Notes: generated by a model from the letters alone, not told the origin. 64,000 nucleotides of DNA from Octopus sinensis (GCF_006345805.1 NC_043003.1:73408001-73472000); one strand, 5' to 3'. Counted from the first letter of the stretch, positions 13,181 to 26,059 are shown. Made by a program: numbers and translations.

Positions 13181-15153
13181 ATGGCAACTAGAAACCACGT
13201 GGCTAGCCCGCCAGTCATGCAGAACGGTAGCAAAACACTATTGCTACCACTAGCTGCTAAACATCGCAGCGTGAACACCACCATCACCACCATCACCACC
13301 ACCACAACAACAACAACAAAACTAACGTCGCATTCACCATCGCCGCGAACAAAGACATTAACTTAGATTTCCCCTCACTCCCCACACCACTTGTTGATGA
13401 TAAAGGGACAGAGAAAGGGATTTCAAAAATGAATACAAACGAAAACATGAATGCCAGCACCACCACCATCACCACCAACAACAACAACAACGAAATTGGC
13501 ACAAAGCCGCCTACCAAAGACAACACCGCCAACACCAACACCACTACTACGACGTCAAATGCCACATCTAAGCCTTCTGTTGCTAATACCGCCAACACCA
13601 ACACCACTACCATGACTTCAATTAACACTGCCACAATTAACACTTCTACTGCCAAATTCAAAACGAATTTTGCGGACGTAACAAAACAAAAAAGAACAAT
13701 TGTAACATTCACCACACAAGAGATAAACCGCACAAAGGCACTCTTCTCCAAAGAAGGAGACAAATTGCACCTTCACATTCCACAACACATCGTGGAAAGC
13801 ACACAAAAAAAACAATTTATGAAGTAATAAACAAGAAAACAAGAACAGAAAATGCCCCGCAGGAAAAAATCGAAAAATGCCTTCGTCCTGCATGGGACTC
13901 CAAGGAATATATCAGTTGGGGAAACAAATTTGGTACAGTCCAAGTACGTTTCCTCAACGAAAGTTTAGCAAAACGTTTTTCCACATTGGAGCTGCATTCG
14001 GACGACTTGGTAATGATACTAGTCTATTTAAACAAAAGGGTCACATACCATTTGAAGTCGAAACCCAATGGTTGGTCTCTGCCATCTGCTTTGAAATGAC
14101 AGAGACAATGTCAGAGACAAACATCCTGGAAATCGCGGTTCTAGGAAAGAAAGAATATGTGGGCAAATCAATCGAATTCCTGCTTCAATTGGATGAAGCA
14201 GCAAGAGAGAATATACCCACCGCTATAGAACTGCCAGGAGGCTACAAACTCTATATAGTGGTAGAGGGCAGGCGACCACGCTGCTATTTGTGTGGAAGCG
14301 AAACACACTTGAAAAAGACGTGCCCAACCACTGCACACCAAGAGCAACAACAACAACCACTACCACAACCAAAGCACTCCGGAAAAAAAACTCTACTACC
14401 CACACCACCATCAACACAGAAGACGACAAGAGAAGCACACCAAGCTAATCCGTCATCAACAAAAACCACTCAACACCTGAAAAAATACCAACACCACCAA
14501 CAACAGCAAAACCCAAAGGAACAGAAAAACAAAGAAACACACACAAACTGATCCCCCATCCCTTATACCGCACTCAACACACACAAACACTCAACAACCA
14601 ACAACAACGAAAACAACAACACAACCACTTACACAGACATACATAGAAGCCCACAACATACCCCTACCCCCTACTGATTCCTCAGAAATTTCGTCGGAAG
14701 ACGAAACCAGTGACGAATGGCAAATAGCTACAAAAAGAAGGAAAATAAAGAGCAGAAACACAACCAAACCAAATGCAAACACGAACAAAGCAGGGGGAAA
14801 TACATCTCACGAAGACATTTCAAAACCCAACGCAAACAACAGCCACACCAACACCACAAAATATATACAGCAAACATGCTCACAGCTATAGACACCAAAA
14901 ACACAAATTTGATGGAATACATCCAATCAAAAAAAACATAACAGAAGATGACATAAAAACAAACAATCACCCATACACAACACCACCAGACCACATCAAA
15001 ATATTACACATCTCCAAAAGTCTGCACCACACACTCAAAGGCATTTTCCCCAGCGCGGTTGGTAAATGCCAAAAATATCTCACAAAGAAACTGTACTGGG
15101 ATTTCCTCGAGGACAAACCAAAGGAGGAGAAAGCAAAAACTTTCGAGCAGTAA
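13181..15153 (+). pseudogene. LINE A ORF1 (gag-like: T/N-rich N-terminus, RRM-like middle, CCHC zinc knuckle), with stops and frameshifts
   Basis: Pieced from ORF-track segments 13175, 13429, 13877 and 14773. CYLCGSETHLKKTC (CX2CX4HX4C) at 14282-14323. Confidence 0.85.
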
Positions 15154-15197
15154 GTAACCCTCTGTTCCTTTCACTTGTATTCTAATTCATTAGGACT

Positions 15198-18100
15198 ATG
15201 ATCAAGATTGGTTGTGTAAATGCGCGTGGCTTGGGGTCCCCTTGGAAACAAGGGTACCTCTTAAATGACATAAAGTCACATAAGTTAGAAATCATAGCCA
15301 TAAGTGAGACCAGACTCCAGAATCCGCGGGCCCTAAAGACCATGTTTGGCGGACAGTTCAACATTTATTTTTCCCCCTGTCTGCCGAGAATGGGCGGTAG
15401 TGGCACCGCGGTACTTTTCACAAGAGTCTGGATCTCAAAGTAAGGACAATATTCGTAGACCCGGAGGGTAGTAGACTGGTCGTCCTGGATGTCGACGGCA
15501 GCAATGGGTGCGCTTTTCGACTCGTATCAGTCTACGCACCGCCCTTAACAGGTCGGGCGGATTTCTTTCAACGTCTAGAAGTATTCTTGGGAACGTCTCG
15601 TCCTTTACTCTTAGTGGGGGATTGGAATGCTACCTTGGACACGCATGTAGACTACGTGGGTAGAGATAGGGATAGACGGGGATGCAAATGCCTCAGAGAC
15701 CTGCTCAGACGCTTTCAACTGTCTGACAGTTTCCGACAAGACCACCCGAATGCGCCAACGTGGACATGGAGCAACCGCATCGGGTCGTCGAGATCGTATC
15801 TAGATAGGATACTGTGTAGGACAGTAGACAGAGATAGCATAGGATGTCCACAATTCCACATAGTCAGCTACACGGATCACAAACTTGTGACATGTACGCT
15901 AGACTTAGGTAAGACACTTAGGCAGGGTCCCGGATACTGGAAACTAAACGCGTCTTTCCCATCGAGACAGGTTTTCAGAGACCGGATTAGCACACTAGTA
16001 AAGAGGGCTTTGACGGGAGCCATCATCAACAACAAATGGTGGTTTGCCCTCAAGAGAGCAGTAAAAGCAGAAGCGATTAGGTACAGCAAATCACTAGCCA
16101 TAGATAGAAATAGAGTAGAGGGGGAGCTAGTTAAGAAGATAGAAGAGGCAATTAGAAGCGGCATCGCATCCGACGTTTTGGCGGCGAGGTTGGCCCTCGA
16201 CCAACACTTCAACGCCAAACACGAAAGATGTGCTGTCAGAGCTAGGATGCGTGCACTAAGGAACGAAGGTGTTGGAGCCGCGAGAGAGGCCCGGGTGGCA
16301 GAGGCGCAACAGGGCAACAAAGCCACCACTCGGTCCCTGGTAGATGAACAGGGGCGCGAATTGCTCGAGCCAAGTAAAATGTTGTGAGGCCTTTCAGCAG
16401 CATTTTGCCCGACTGTTCGGGACGAGTGGAGGGCAAGAACGTAGGGTGGACTTCAGTGCTTACCTACATAGCCTACCACGACTCTCGACAAGAAAGGCAG
16501 GGTGCTGCGAAGGTTGCCATCACGGGCGGCGGAAGTGTAGGAAGCGATGGCATAGATGCTCGGGGACAAATCACCGGGTTTGGATGGTCTACCCTACGAG
16601 CTTTACAATTGTATGCCAGACTTGTTTGGAGATCTCTTGGCGGCGGTTACTGCAACTGGCAGCAAAACGGGAGCATTCCTGGTTTTGTGAGCCGAGGAGC
16701 CGTAACACTGCTGAAGAAAGATCTAAACAAGGGAAATGTAATAGATAACTTTAGGCCCATCACTCTGCTTAATGCAGACTTCAAAATTTTGGCCAAGGTG
16801 CTAGCCAAGAGGTTGGCGCTTGTCATCGAGAAACTGGTCGACAAGGCGCAAACATGCGCCGTGCCAGGCCGGAACATTCATGACAACCTCCACCTGATGC
16901 GCTACATCATAGACAGGGTAGTTAACGAACCTGGCATGGGTGGGGCGCTGATCAATTTGGATCAATCGAAAGCTTTCGATAGGGTGGACCATCGATACTT
17001 GGAGGCGGTCCTCGGAGCGGCTGGCTTCGGTCCCGTCTTCCGCGGCTGGATAGCCGCTTTGTACAGAGGCATCCGTTCGGTAATTCGCGTGAATGGACAT
17101 CTATCGAGACCCTTCGACATCGCACGTTCTGTCCGTCAAGGATGCCCCCTCTCGTCGCTTCTATACGTATTGACTCTCGAGCCATTATTGCGGAAGTTGG
17201 CAACCTTGAGAGGCATCCCCGCGAGAAACTGGGATGCGGGACGAGCGTGTCTCTGCATACGCGGACGACTCACCGTCATAGTGTCTAGCCATGAGCACAT
17301 CGAGCGGGTCGGCGAGACACTGAAAAACTACGAAGCGGTGACAGGAGCGAAAATCAACCGGGAAAAGTCAGTTGGCTTGCGACTAGGCACCTGAGAAGCA
17401 GCCCCTGCCGCCACCAGCAGCGCCCTCCGTCGTGGGACGCTGGACCGACGGCCCGGTTGAGTTGCTCGGGGTCTGGTTTGGTCCGGACCTCCAAGTGGAG
17501 AAGAACTGGAACGAGATAACGAGTAGGGTGGTCACTCTCGCCCGGCAATGGGCCGAGAGGAAACTGTCCCTAAAAGGTCGGGCGGAGGTGCGAACACGTT
17601 ACATCGCGTCCGTCATCTACTACCGCCTGACCGTCGTACCTTGTCCCGTACCCTACCATCACCAAACTACAACGCATTCCTCTTTCGCTTCTTGTGGAAA
17701 GGATGCGTCCCGATGGTCAGGCGATCCATTTGCTGTCAACACCCGTTAAAAGGGGCTGGGCAGGCCGTGGTTGATGATGCTCAGACACGCGCTGAGATGA
17801 GACTGCGACATCTCTGGCTCTATTAGACGACGGTGAACAGGTGTGGTCGCCGTTTGTGAGGCACGCTTTCCCGCAGCTCGTCTCCATGACCGAACTGCAG
17901 TCGTGGATCAAAAAGAGGCCGAGAAGGGCGAATGGCACCGCGAGTGTCGCGTTTCCTCAAGCAACTCTGCCGTCCTGGGTCGACCTTGAGTGACTTCAAA
18001 CACAACCAAACATTCTATAGGGGTTTAGTGGAGGGGAGGTACGACGACGAGCTCGGGGCGAACCTGGACGTCGACGAGGAGTACCTGACCCGCCTGTTCA

Positions 18101-18615
18101 GGACGACTTTCGGCCAGGGCCCATGGACAACTTCCAGAGATCCCTGGCCTGGCAGTGCTACCGAGAAGCGCTACCCGTTCGGGATAAGCTCTACAGACAC
18201 GGCTCGAGAAACACGGGCCGACCTGCCCGAGATGCGGTCAGAGCGACGAAACCGTTCTGCACGCACTCGTTCAGTGTCCAACAATTTCCGACCTGTGGGC
18301 TTGTGTCGAACAACTGCTGTCACGTGTGGACGAGTCGGTTTATCAGCTGAGTCTATCGTCAATTGTCACGCCTCCCTCCTTCAAACGGGAAGGAAGAGCT
18401 ATTTTCATCATCCTTGTGGCTATGGCAAAAGAATGTATCTGGTGGACGCGTCTGAAAGGATTGGAGACAAACACTTTCCTCTCTGGTCAATCTCTCATCA
18501 ACTTCTTCAAGTAGAGAGGCAAGTTTTGTCTAGCGAATGTTTAAAAAAAAGATGGGTGAATGTAGCAAGAATGGCACGTATGAATGACGAAGCCACCTTG
18601 AGCATGATCCTATGA
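15198..18615 (+). pseudogene. LINE A ORF2 (APE endonuclease, reverse transcriptase, C-terminal CCHC finger), many frameshifts
   Basis: NARGL, LLVGDWNA, YTDHKLV (APE); GPGYWKLN; NFRPITLLNADFKILAK, LDQSKAFDRVDH, VRQGCPLS, AYADD (RT); CPRCGQSDET..H (zinc finger). Confidence 0.95.
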
Positions 18616-19012
18616 ACCCAGAAATTGAAAACAGAGAGTTGCTTATTTGCAAAAAAAAAAAAAAAAGAAATATAACATGTGACTCCATTGACCGAGGTTA
18701 CCGTGGTCTTTTCCGTAGGCTTTTCTTTCCACGGGTAAACCTCACCTGTCCTCCCCTTTACACTTCATATTGACATTTCTGTGATAACGATCCCTATTGA
18801 TCAATTTTTTTTTCTCTCCCCCTTTTTTTTAAACCCCCTTTGTTTTGCCCCCTTTCTCTCCTTTTACGATCCCTTTTGATCGAAACTCCCCCTTCCCTTT
18901 TTTTTTTTTAAACCTTCAAAAGAAAAGCTCTACCTTGTAATTTGTTCTATCCGTGCGCAGCCCTGTGTGGCTAATAAAGAAACATATCTATCTATCTATC
19001 TATCTATCTTCT

Positions 19013-19047
<35 letters not shown>

Positions 19048-19052
19048 GTCTA

Positions 19053-19104
<52 letters not shown>

Positions 19105-19121
19105 CATCTATCTATCTATCT

Positions 19122-21422
19122 GATGTTAATGATCCAAATACCTGCTCAGACGTTTCCAACTACCTACTGGACCACCCGAATTTGCCAATGTGGACATGGA
19201 GCAACCGCATCAGGTCGTCCAGATCGTATTTAGATAGAGTTTTCAATAGGACAGTGGATAGGGATAGTGTAGGTTGTCCACAATTTCATATAGTTAGCTA
19301 CACAAATTTGTGACTTGTACGCTTGACTTAGATAAGAATCATTGGCAGGTTACTGAAAACTGAACGCGTCGTTCACGGCGCACCAGGCTTACAGAGACTG
19401 GATTAGCACATTAGTTAAGACGGCATTGAGGGGCACCACCGTCAATAATAGAAGGTGGTACGCCCTAAAGAAAACAATTAAAGCAGAATCGGTTAGGTAT
19501 AGTAAAGCTCAGCGATGGATCGAAATAGAATAGAGGGAGACCTAGTTAAGAAATTAGAAGATGCACATAGAAGTCACATCGTGTCCAACATGCTGGCGCC
19601 GAGGTTGGCCCTCGACCAACACTTCAACGCCAAACACGAAGGATGTGTTGTCAGGGCTAGGATTTTTGTGCTGATAAACAAAGGAATTGGAGCGGCCCGA
19701 GAGGCCCGAGTGGTAAAGGTGCAACAAGGCAACAAAGCCACCATTCGGTCTCTGACAGATGAACAGGGGCGCAAATTACTCGAGCCCGAAAGGATGCGTG
19801 AGTGTTTTCAATAGCAATTTGCCCGGCACTTTGGAAAAACTTGTGGGTCAGAACTCAGAGTGGACTTTAGCGCCTACCTTCCTGGCCTGTCACGACACTC
19901 GACAAGAGAGGTGGAGCGTTGTGAAAGACCCAGTCTGCGAAGGAGACAAGTCGCCAGTCTTGGATGGTCTGCCCTACGAGTTTTATTGTCATATGCCAGC
20001 CTTGTTTGGAGGCGTCTTGTTAGCGTCTACTGCAACTGCCAGCAAAACGGGAGTATCCAGTTTTGTAAGCTACGGAGCGGTGACACTGCTCAGGAAATAT
20101 TCAAACAAGGGGTACGTCATAGATAACTTCAGGCCCATCACTCTGCTCAACACAGATTTGAAGATTTTGGCCAAGGTGCTAGCCGAGAAGTTGGCGCTTG
20201 TCATCGAGAAACTGGTCGACAAGGCGCAAACATGCGCCCTGCCAAGCAGACGTATCCATGACACCCTCCAACTGATGCACTACATCATAGACAGGGTTGT
20301 TAAGGAACCTGGCATGGGTGGGGCGCTAATCAATTTGGATCAATCGAAAGCTTTTGATTGGGTCGACCATTGCTATTCGGAGGCTCTCCTTAGAGCGGCT
20401 GGTCTCAGTCTCATATTCCGCGGTTGGATCACTGGCTTATACAGCAGCATCCACTCCATAGTTCGCGTAAATGGTAATCTATCCAGACCATTAACACCAC
20501 ACGTTCGGTCCATCAAGGATGCCCACTCTCGTTGCTTCTGTGTGTTGAATCTAGAGCCACAACCGCGGAAGCTGGCGACACTGAGGTGCATCCTGTCAGA
20601 ACTAGGAATCGGGAGGGGCGTGTCTGCATATGTGTACGACATCACCATTATAGAGTCGAGCCGCAGATACTAAGGGAACACGAAGTGGTAGCAGAATCGA
20701 AAATTAACTCGGAAACGTCAGTAGGCTGGCGGTTCGGTACCTAGTGAAGCAGACTCATGCCGTCCAACAGTGTCTCCATCGTGGGACACTGGACCGACGT
20801 ACCGGTTAAATTGCTCAGGGTCTGGTTCGGACCGGACCTCCAAATGGAGAAGAACTGGGACGAGATAACCAGTAGGGTGTCCACTCTCACCCAGCTGTGG
20901 GCCCAGAGGAAGCTATCCCTAAATGTCGAATGGAGGTGGCGAAGCCATACATCGCATTCGTCATCTATTACCGTCTGACCGTCATCCCTTCTCCCGACCC
21001 TACCATCACCAAACTGGAACGCATAATCTTCCGCCTTTTGTGAAAGGGAAGCGTTCCGATGGTTAGGCGATCCATTTGCTGTCAACACCCGCTAAATGGG
21101 TATGCCGTGGTTGTTGATGCGCAAACATGCGCTGAGGCCGCAACATCACAGGCGCTTCATAGACGCCGGTGAACAGGTGTGGTCATCGTTTGTGAAACGC
21201 GCTTTCCCGCAGCTAGTCTCTTTGGCCGAATTGCAGTCATGGATCAAACAGAGATCGAGGCTAGGCGAATGGCTTTCAAGCAACTCTGCCGTCCGGGACC
21301 AAACTTGTGCGGCTTCAGTTCAACGAAGGTGTTCTCTAAAGGATTAGTGGAGGGGAAGTGCGATGACGTTCTTGGGGAGAATCTGGGCGTCGACGTGGAA
21401 CACCTGACCCGCCTCTTCAGGA
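19122..21422 (+). mobile_element. Older, 5'- and 3'-truncated copy C of the same LINE family
   Basis: Colinear with ORF2 from the APE C-terminus through RT (NFRPITLLNTDLKILAK, LDQSKAFD). Visibly more diverged. Starts directly after TATC repeats and ends at (TA)n. Confidence 0.9.
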
Positions 21423-21432
21423 CATATATATA

Positions 21433-21643
<211 letters not shown>

Positions 21644-22433
21644 ATCAGTGAATATATTCTAACTTGTAGAAGGATATGTATGGCTAAAGAACCGACTATA
21701 AATTGTCAGATATTTTAAATTCTCATCTGATACTGTCTCGCGATGTCGAAAGGAAATATTCTACTAGAAGCTGAAAAACTTATTTTAATTCACAAGGGAT
21801 AGCCAAATTTGCAAATTCTTGTTAATTTTACACCTATGCATAAATTATTAATACACTAAATCAGCATGGATATTAGAGAGATTGGCTGACTGAACTAATA
21901 TCATATTTTTTATGGGATTCAACCAGTAGATTGTGCTTGTGTTGGGATAGTGCGTTTACGAAGCAACATATAACCAGTCTATAATTATGTTCATTATTAT
22001 CATTCTAAGAAATGTCACTTAGGAATAAACTACAAGTTATTATAGACCTTAAGTTGTGTTTATGCATTAGTAATGTCTTTACAGTTGTCAAACTTCATAT
22101 ATGCTTTCCTGTGTGATTTAAGGGAAATTAGATATATTTCCTATATTTTAATAGTGATTTTTATTAGTTTGAAGGTTCTGTATATAATGGATGTTTAGAA
22201 AAACTTTATAAAGTTTCTGACTATAGTCATGACCAAATACGCTATGCTGCCGAGAGTTCTGATACACGACCATGACCATAGAGTACTGAAAAAAGTAATA
22301 TACTGCAGTATATAAAATCTCTTTCTCCCTCTCAGTCTGTCTGTCTGTCCGTCTGTCTGTCTGTCTCTGTCTGTCTCTCTCTGTCTGTCTGTCTGTATGT
22401 ATGTCTGTCTGTCTCTCTTTCTATCTCTCTCTA

Positions 22434-22585
22434 GTGCAAGCATGGATGTGTGATAAGAAGCTTGCTTCACAATCACATCGTTCTGGGTTTAATCCCACGG
22501 AATGAGACCCCCTTCAGCAAGTGTCTCCTACAGTCTTGAGCCTACCAAAGGCACTGTGAGTAGATTTGAAAGACGGAAGCTGAGA

Positions 22586-22588
<3 letters not shown>
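22434..22588 (+). mobile_element. SINE family 1, head fragment
   Basis: Diverged tRNA-like head plus AAGTGTCTCCTAC...GTGAGTAGATTTGAAAGACGGAAGCTGA. Confidence 0.75.
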
Positions 22589-22614
<26 letters not shown>

Positions 22615-22616
<2 letters not shown>

Positions 22617-23028
22617 CTCCTTTACTTCTTTTACTTGTTTCAGTCATTTGACTGTGGTCATACAGGAGCTCCGACTTTAGTCGATCACATCGAGCTCAGG
22701 ACTTATTCTTTGTAAGACTAGTACTTATTCTATCGCACTCTTTTGCCGAAACGCTAATTTACGGGGACGTAAACACACCAGCATCAGTTGTCAAGCGAGG
22801 ATGGTGTGACAAACACAGACACACAAACACACACGGACATATATATATACATATACATAGATGTACGACGGGATTCTTTCAGTTTCCGTCTACTAAATCC
22901 ACTCACAAGGCTTTGGTCGGCCCGAGGCTATAGTAGAAGACACTTGCCCAAAGTGCCATGCAGTGGGACTGAACCCAGAACCATGTGGTCGGTAAGCAAA
23001 CTACTTACCACACAGCTACTCCTCTACC
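22615..23028 (-). mobile_element. SINE family 1, full copy
   Basis: Complete head-body-microsatellite-tail structure, alignable to 47461-47868. Confidence 0.9.
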
Positions 23029-23275
23029 TATATATATATATATATATACACTAAATTAGAAAAAAAATCGAAAAATGAAAGCCCCCCCCCAATAAAAAAA
23101 GAGACAAAAAGAGGACGTAGCACACGCAATGTTTTAATAAAACTCTCGAAGAAGGAAGTGAGTAGTTTTATTTTTCGAGCATACCTCTTCCGAAACAAGA
23201 AAAATAGGAAATCCAAAGGGAAGTAAGATAGAGGGGAAAAGCGCCAATAATCCACGTGTGGTTACACACACACAC

Positions 23276-23334
<59 letters not shown>

Positions 23335-24541
23335 CATGTATATCCTAAGTCACTCGGGCATGATAAGTAACATGCAAATAAAACTAGAGATCCTGCATTC
23401 ACCCGAAAATAAACATAGAGCGGATTGTATGTAGTTTGTAGAGAAAGCGTTAAACGTGACTACATGAAGAAATATAAAACAAGGCGAATAAGTACAGGAA
23501 GAAGAGAAAACGGGAGAATAACCTCAAGATCCTTCTAAAAATCGAAGATTGAAAACCTTAACGCGTGAGAGGCTTATCGTCTTCCTGGTTACATGGGTTA
23601 CCTGGGCTACAACTTGAAGTCCTAAATACTACACAATCACTGATATAAACCTTGAATCTATGATTTGTTTTATCAATACATCTGAGAATTGTACAAATTT
23701 ACTGGGATGCATTTATTTTGCTATTTCGAGAATTAAAAAGGACTGCAGGGATTTTGAGTAAATATGTTAATACACTTTATTTGTCTTACAAAGCAGATGT
23801 TTCAGAACTGCTTATATAGAAACGTTTGATACGTTCTACGCTAGTAATACCATTGAGAAAACGCCCAAGCTAATTGTCCCAATAGTTAAGTTTTAGTATA
23901 TGAAGGATATTATAAGTTTTGTTCGTACTCAAGAATATTTAAGTTTCAATATGCATTACTTGGAAGACTTTGAAGTGCCACCAGAACCCACTAAAGAGTT
24001 GGAATACAAGAAAAAAGTCATATGTTAATGAAGTTCTCTTGTAATGCATAAGTGAAATTTGAATTGTGTTTCTTGTGTTGGGATTTTAGTCAAATATTGC
24101 TAATGTGGTGTGTTTTGGTGTATATAGTTACCTTCTAAATCAAATATAGCTTTTCTAATGAATAACTTTTCAACATTCATTGACTTGGTTCTGCTACGAG
24201 TGGGGATTTCCTAATTGGGGAAAACTTAATGTTAAAGCAAGCGCCAGAGCCTGAGCTTTTTCGAGATATATGCTAAATGACGAAATATTTCTGCACGCTT
24301 GCATAAAAATTTATTATTTGTTAAGCGAATACAATAAATTAGCTCAAAAAGAGTATTAATGCAGGCATCACTGTATCGGGAAAAGAATGCATTAAGATGT
24401 TAGATGAGTGTATAGATTCAAAGTGACAGAAAAATGTCATGAACACGAGCCAGACGCTGCGACGTCTAAATTATAATTGCTGGTGTTTCCTTCTAAAGCA
24501 AGGAAGCAGGTAGCGATTGGAGAAGAAAAACAACACAAATG

Positions 24542-24775
24542 AGTGATAAAGAAATTGAGAAAATGGAGAAATATGTAAAGATAAATTGAGAGGTGAAAAG
24601 ATTGTGGAAAGTCAAAGCAGCAATCGTTTCTGTGCTATTGAAGTATCGGCACAACACTAAAACTGCTACCTAAGAGGGCGAAGGATACTGAAAGTGAAAT
24701 ACATAGTCGAGCAGCAAACTGACATCCTCTATTTAGCAAGAATTCTTACGAAGATTCTTGAGAGCTGCGGAGACA
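24542..24775 (+). mobile_element. R4/Dong-like (RLE) LINE C-terminal remnant
   Basis: SDKEIEKMEKYVKIN*EVKRLWKVKAAIVSV resembles the EKxxKY..L..E...LW motif of restriction-like endonucleases. Confidence 0.6.
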
Positions 24776-25204
24776 TGTCACCAAATGCTGACTAAATATC
24801 TTGTTGATGATGGCGATGAGGATCATTTGACTTTGTGAATACCCCTAAACTCTAACTTCTCTATTATTATTTTCTCTATTTTGTCGATTTCAGTATAGCA
24901 GTTATAGAAAATATTTAAATAGTTATGAATATTGCTTAATGTTGGTGCACCAACGTATATTTCACTATAGGTATAGGCTACTATTTCGCAGATACCTGAG
25001 TATATGCTTGTGTATGTGTCTATGAGTGTGGGTGAATGTTTGTATATATACATATAAAAATACATGTTTATTTAAAAGTATGAATATATACAGATCAGTA
25101 TATGGCCGCAGTCAAACGACTGAAACAAGTAAAAGAACATATAAATATATACGAGCGTGAGTTTATATCAGTTAACCTTGTATATGTACGTATCTATATG
25201 CATT

Positions 25205-25251
<47 letters not shown>

Positions 25252-25450
25252 ACACGCATATAGATACGTACATATACAGGTTAACTGATATGAACTCACG
25301 CTCGTATATATTTATATGTTCTTTTACTTGTTTCAGTCATTTGACTATATATATACACACATACATATATATATATACATATATATAAATATACATACAT
25401 ATAGAGGGTTGGTCAAAAGTCGATTGAGAATAAATCAGAAAATTTTAATG

Positions 25451-25580
25451 ATTCCGGGTTCAAGGTTCAGTTCCACTGCGTGGCACTTTGGGCAAGTGTC
25501 TATTACTATAGCCCCGGGTCGACCAAAGCCTTGTGAGTGGATTTGGTCGACGGAAACTGAAATAAGCCTGTCGTGTATGT
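25451..25580 (+). mobile_element. SINE family 1, head/body fragment
   Basis: GTTCAGTTCCACTGCGTGGCACTTTGGGCAAGTGTC...GACGGAAACTGAAA. Confidence 0.85.
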
Positions 25581-25587
25581 ATATTAT

Positions 25588-26028
25588 TTGTTTCTACTTC
25601 TTTCACCCATGTTGACAGTGGCTATGCTGGAGCATCACCTATAATCGAACAAATCGACCCCATGACGTATTCTTTGTAAACCTAGTACATATTCTATCGG
25701 TCTTTTTGCGGAACTACTGAGGTACAGGGGCGGAAACACACCAACATCGGTCATCAAGCGATGGTGGTGGTGGCGGGTCAAACACAGACACACACACATA
25801 TATACCTGCATATGTCTATATATATATATATATACATACAGACATATATATATATGGGACGGACTTTCAGTTTCCGTCTACCAAATCTACTCACAAGACT
25901 TTGATCGGCCTGGGGCTATAGTAGAAGGCTTTCATAGAAGACACTTGCCCAAGGTGCCACGCAGTAGGACTGAACCCAGAACTATGTGGTTGGGAAACAA
26001 ACTTCTTACCACACAGCCACTCCCACGC
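25588..26028 (-). mobile_element. SINE family 1, full copy
   Basis: Alignable end to end with the other copies. Confidence 0.85.
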
Positions 26029-26059
26029 CTATGTATATATATTTATATGCGTCTTTATG

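Larger units (their letters stand above)
12962..18984 (+). mobile_element. Full-length Tx1/L1-clade non-LTR retrotransposon, copy A (disrupted), inside a (TATC)n array
   Basis: Two-ORF layout. 5' end ATGGACGGACGCTAGTCA and 3' end GGCTAATAAAGAAACA are both shared with copy B. TATC repeats flank both sides. Confidence 0.95.

Noticed and set aside
15198-18615. Frequent 1-nt frameshifts in ORF2 as possible programmed recoding
   Set aside because: They are at different positions in copies A and B and often in short runs, so decay or long-read consensus error is more likely.
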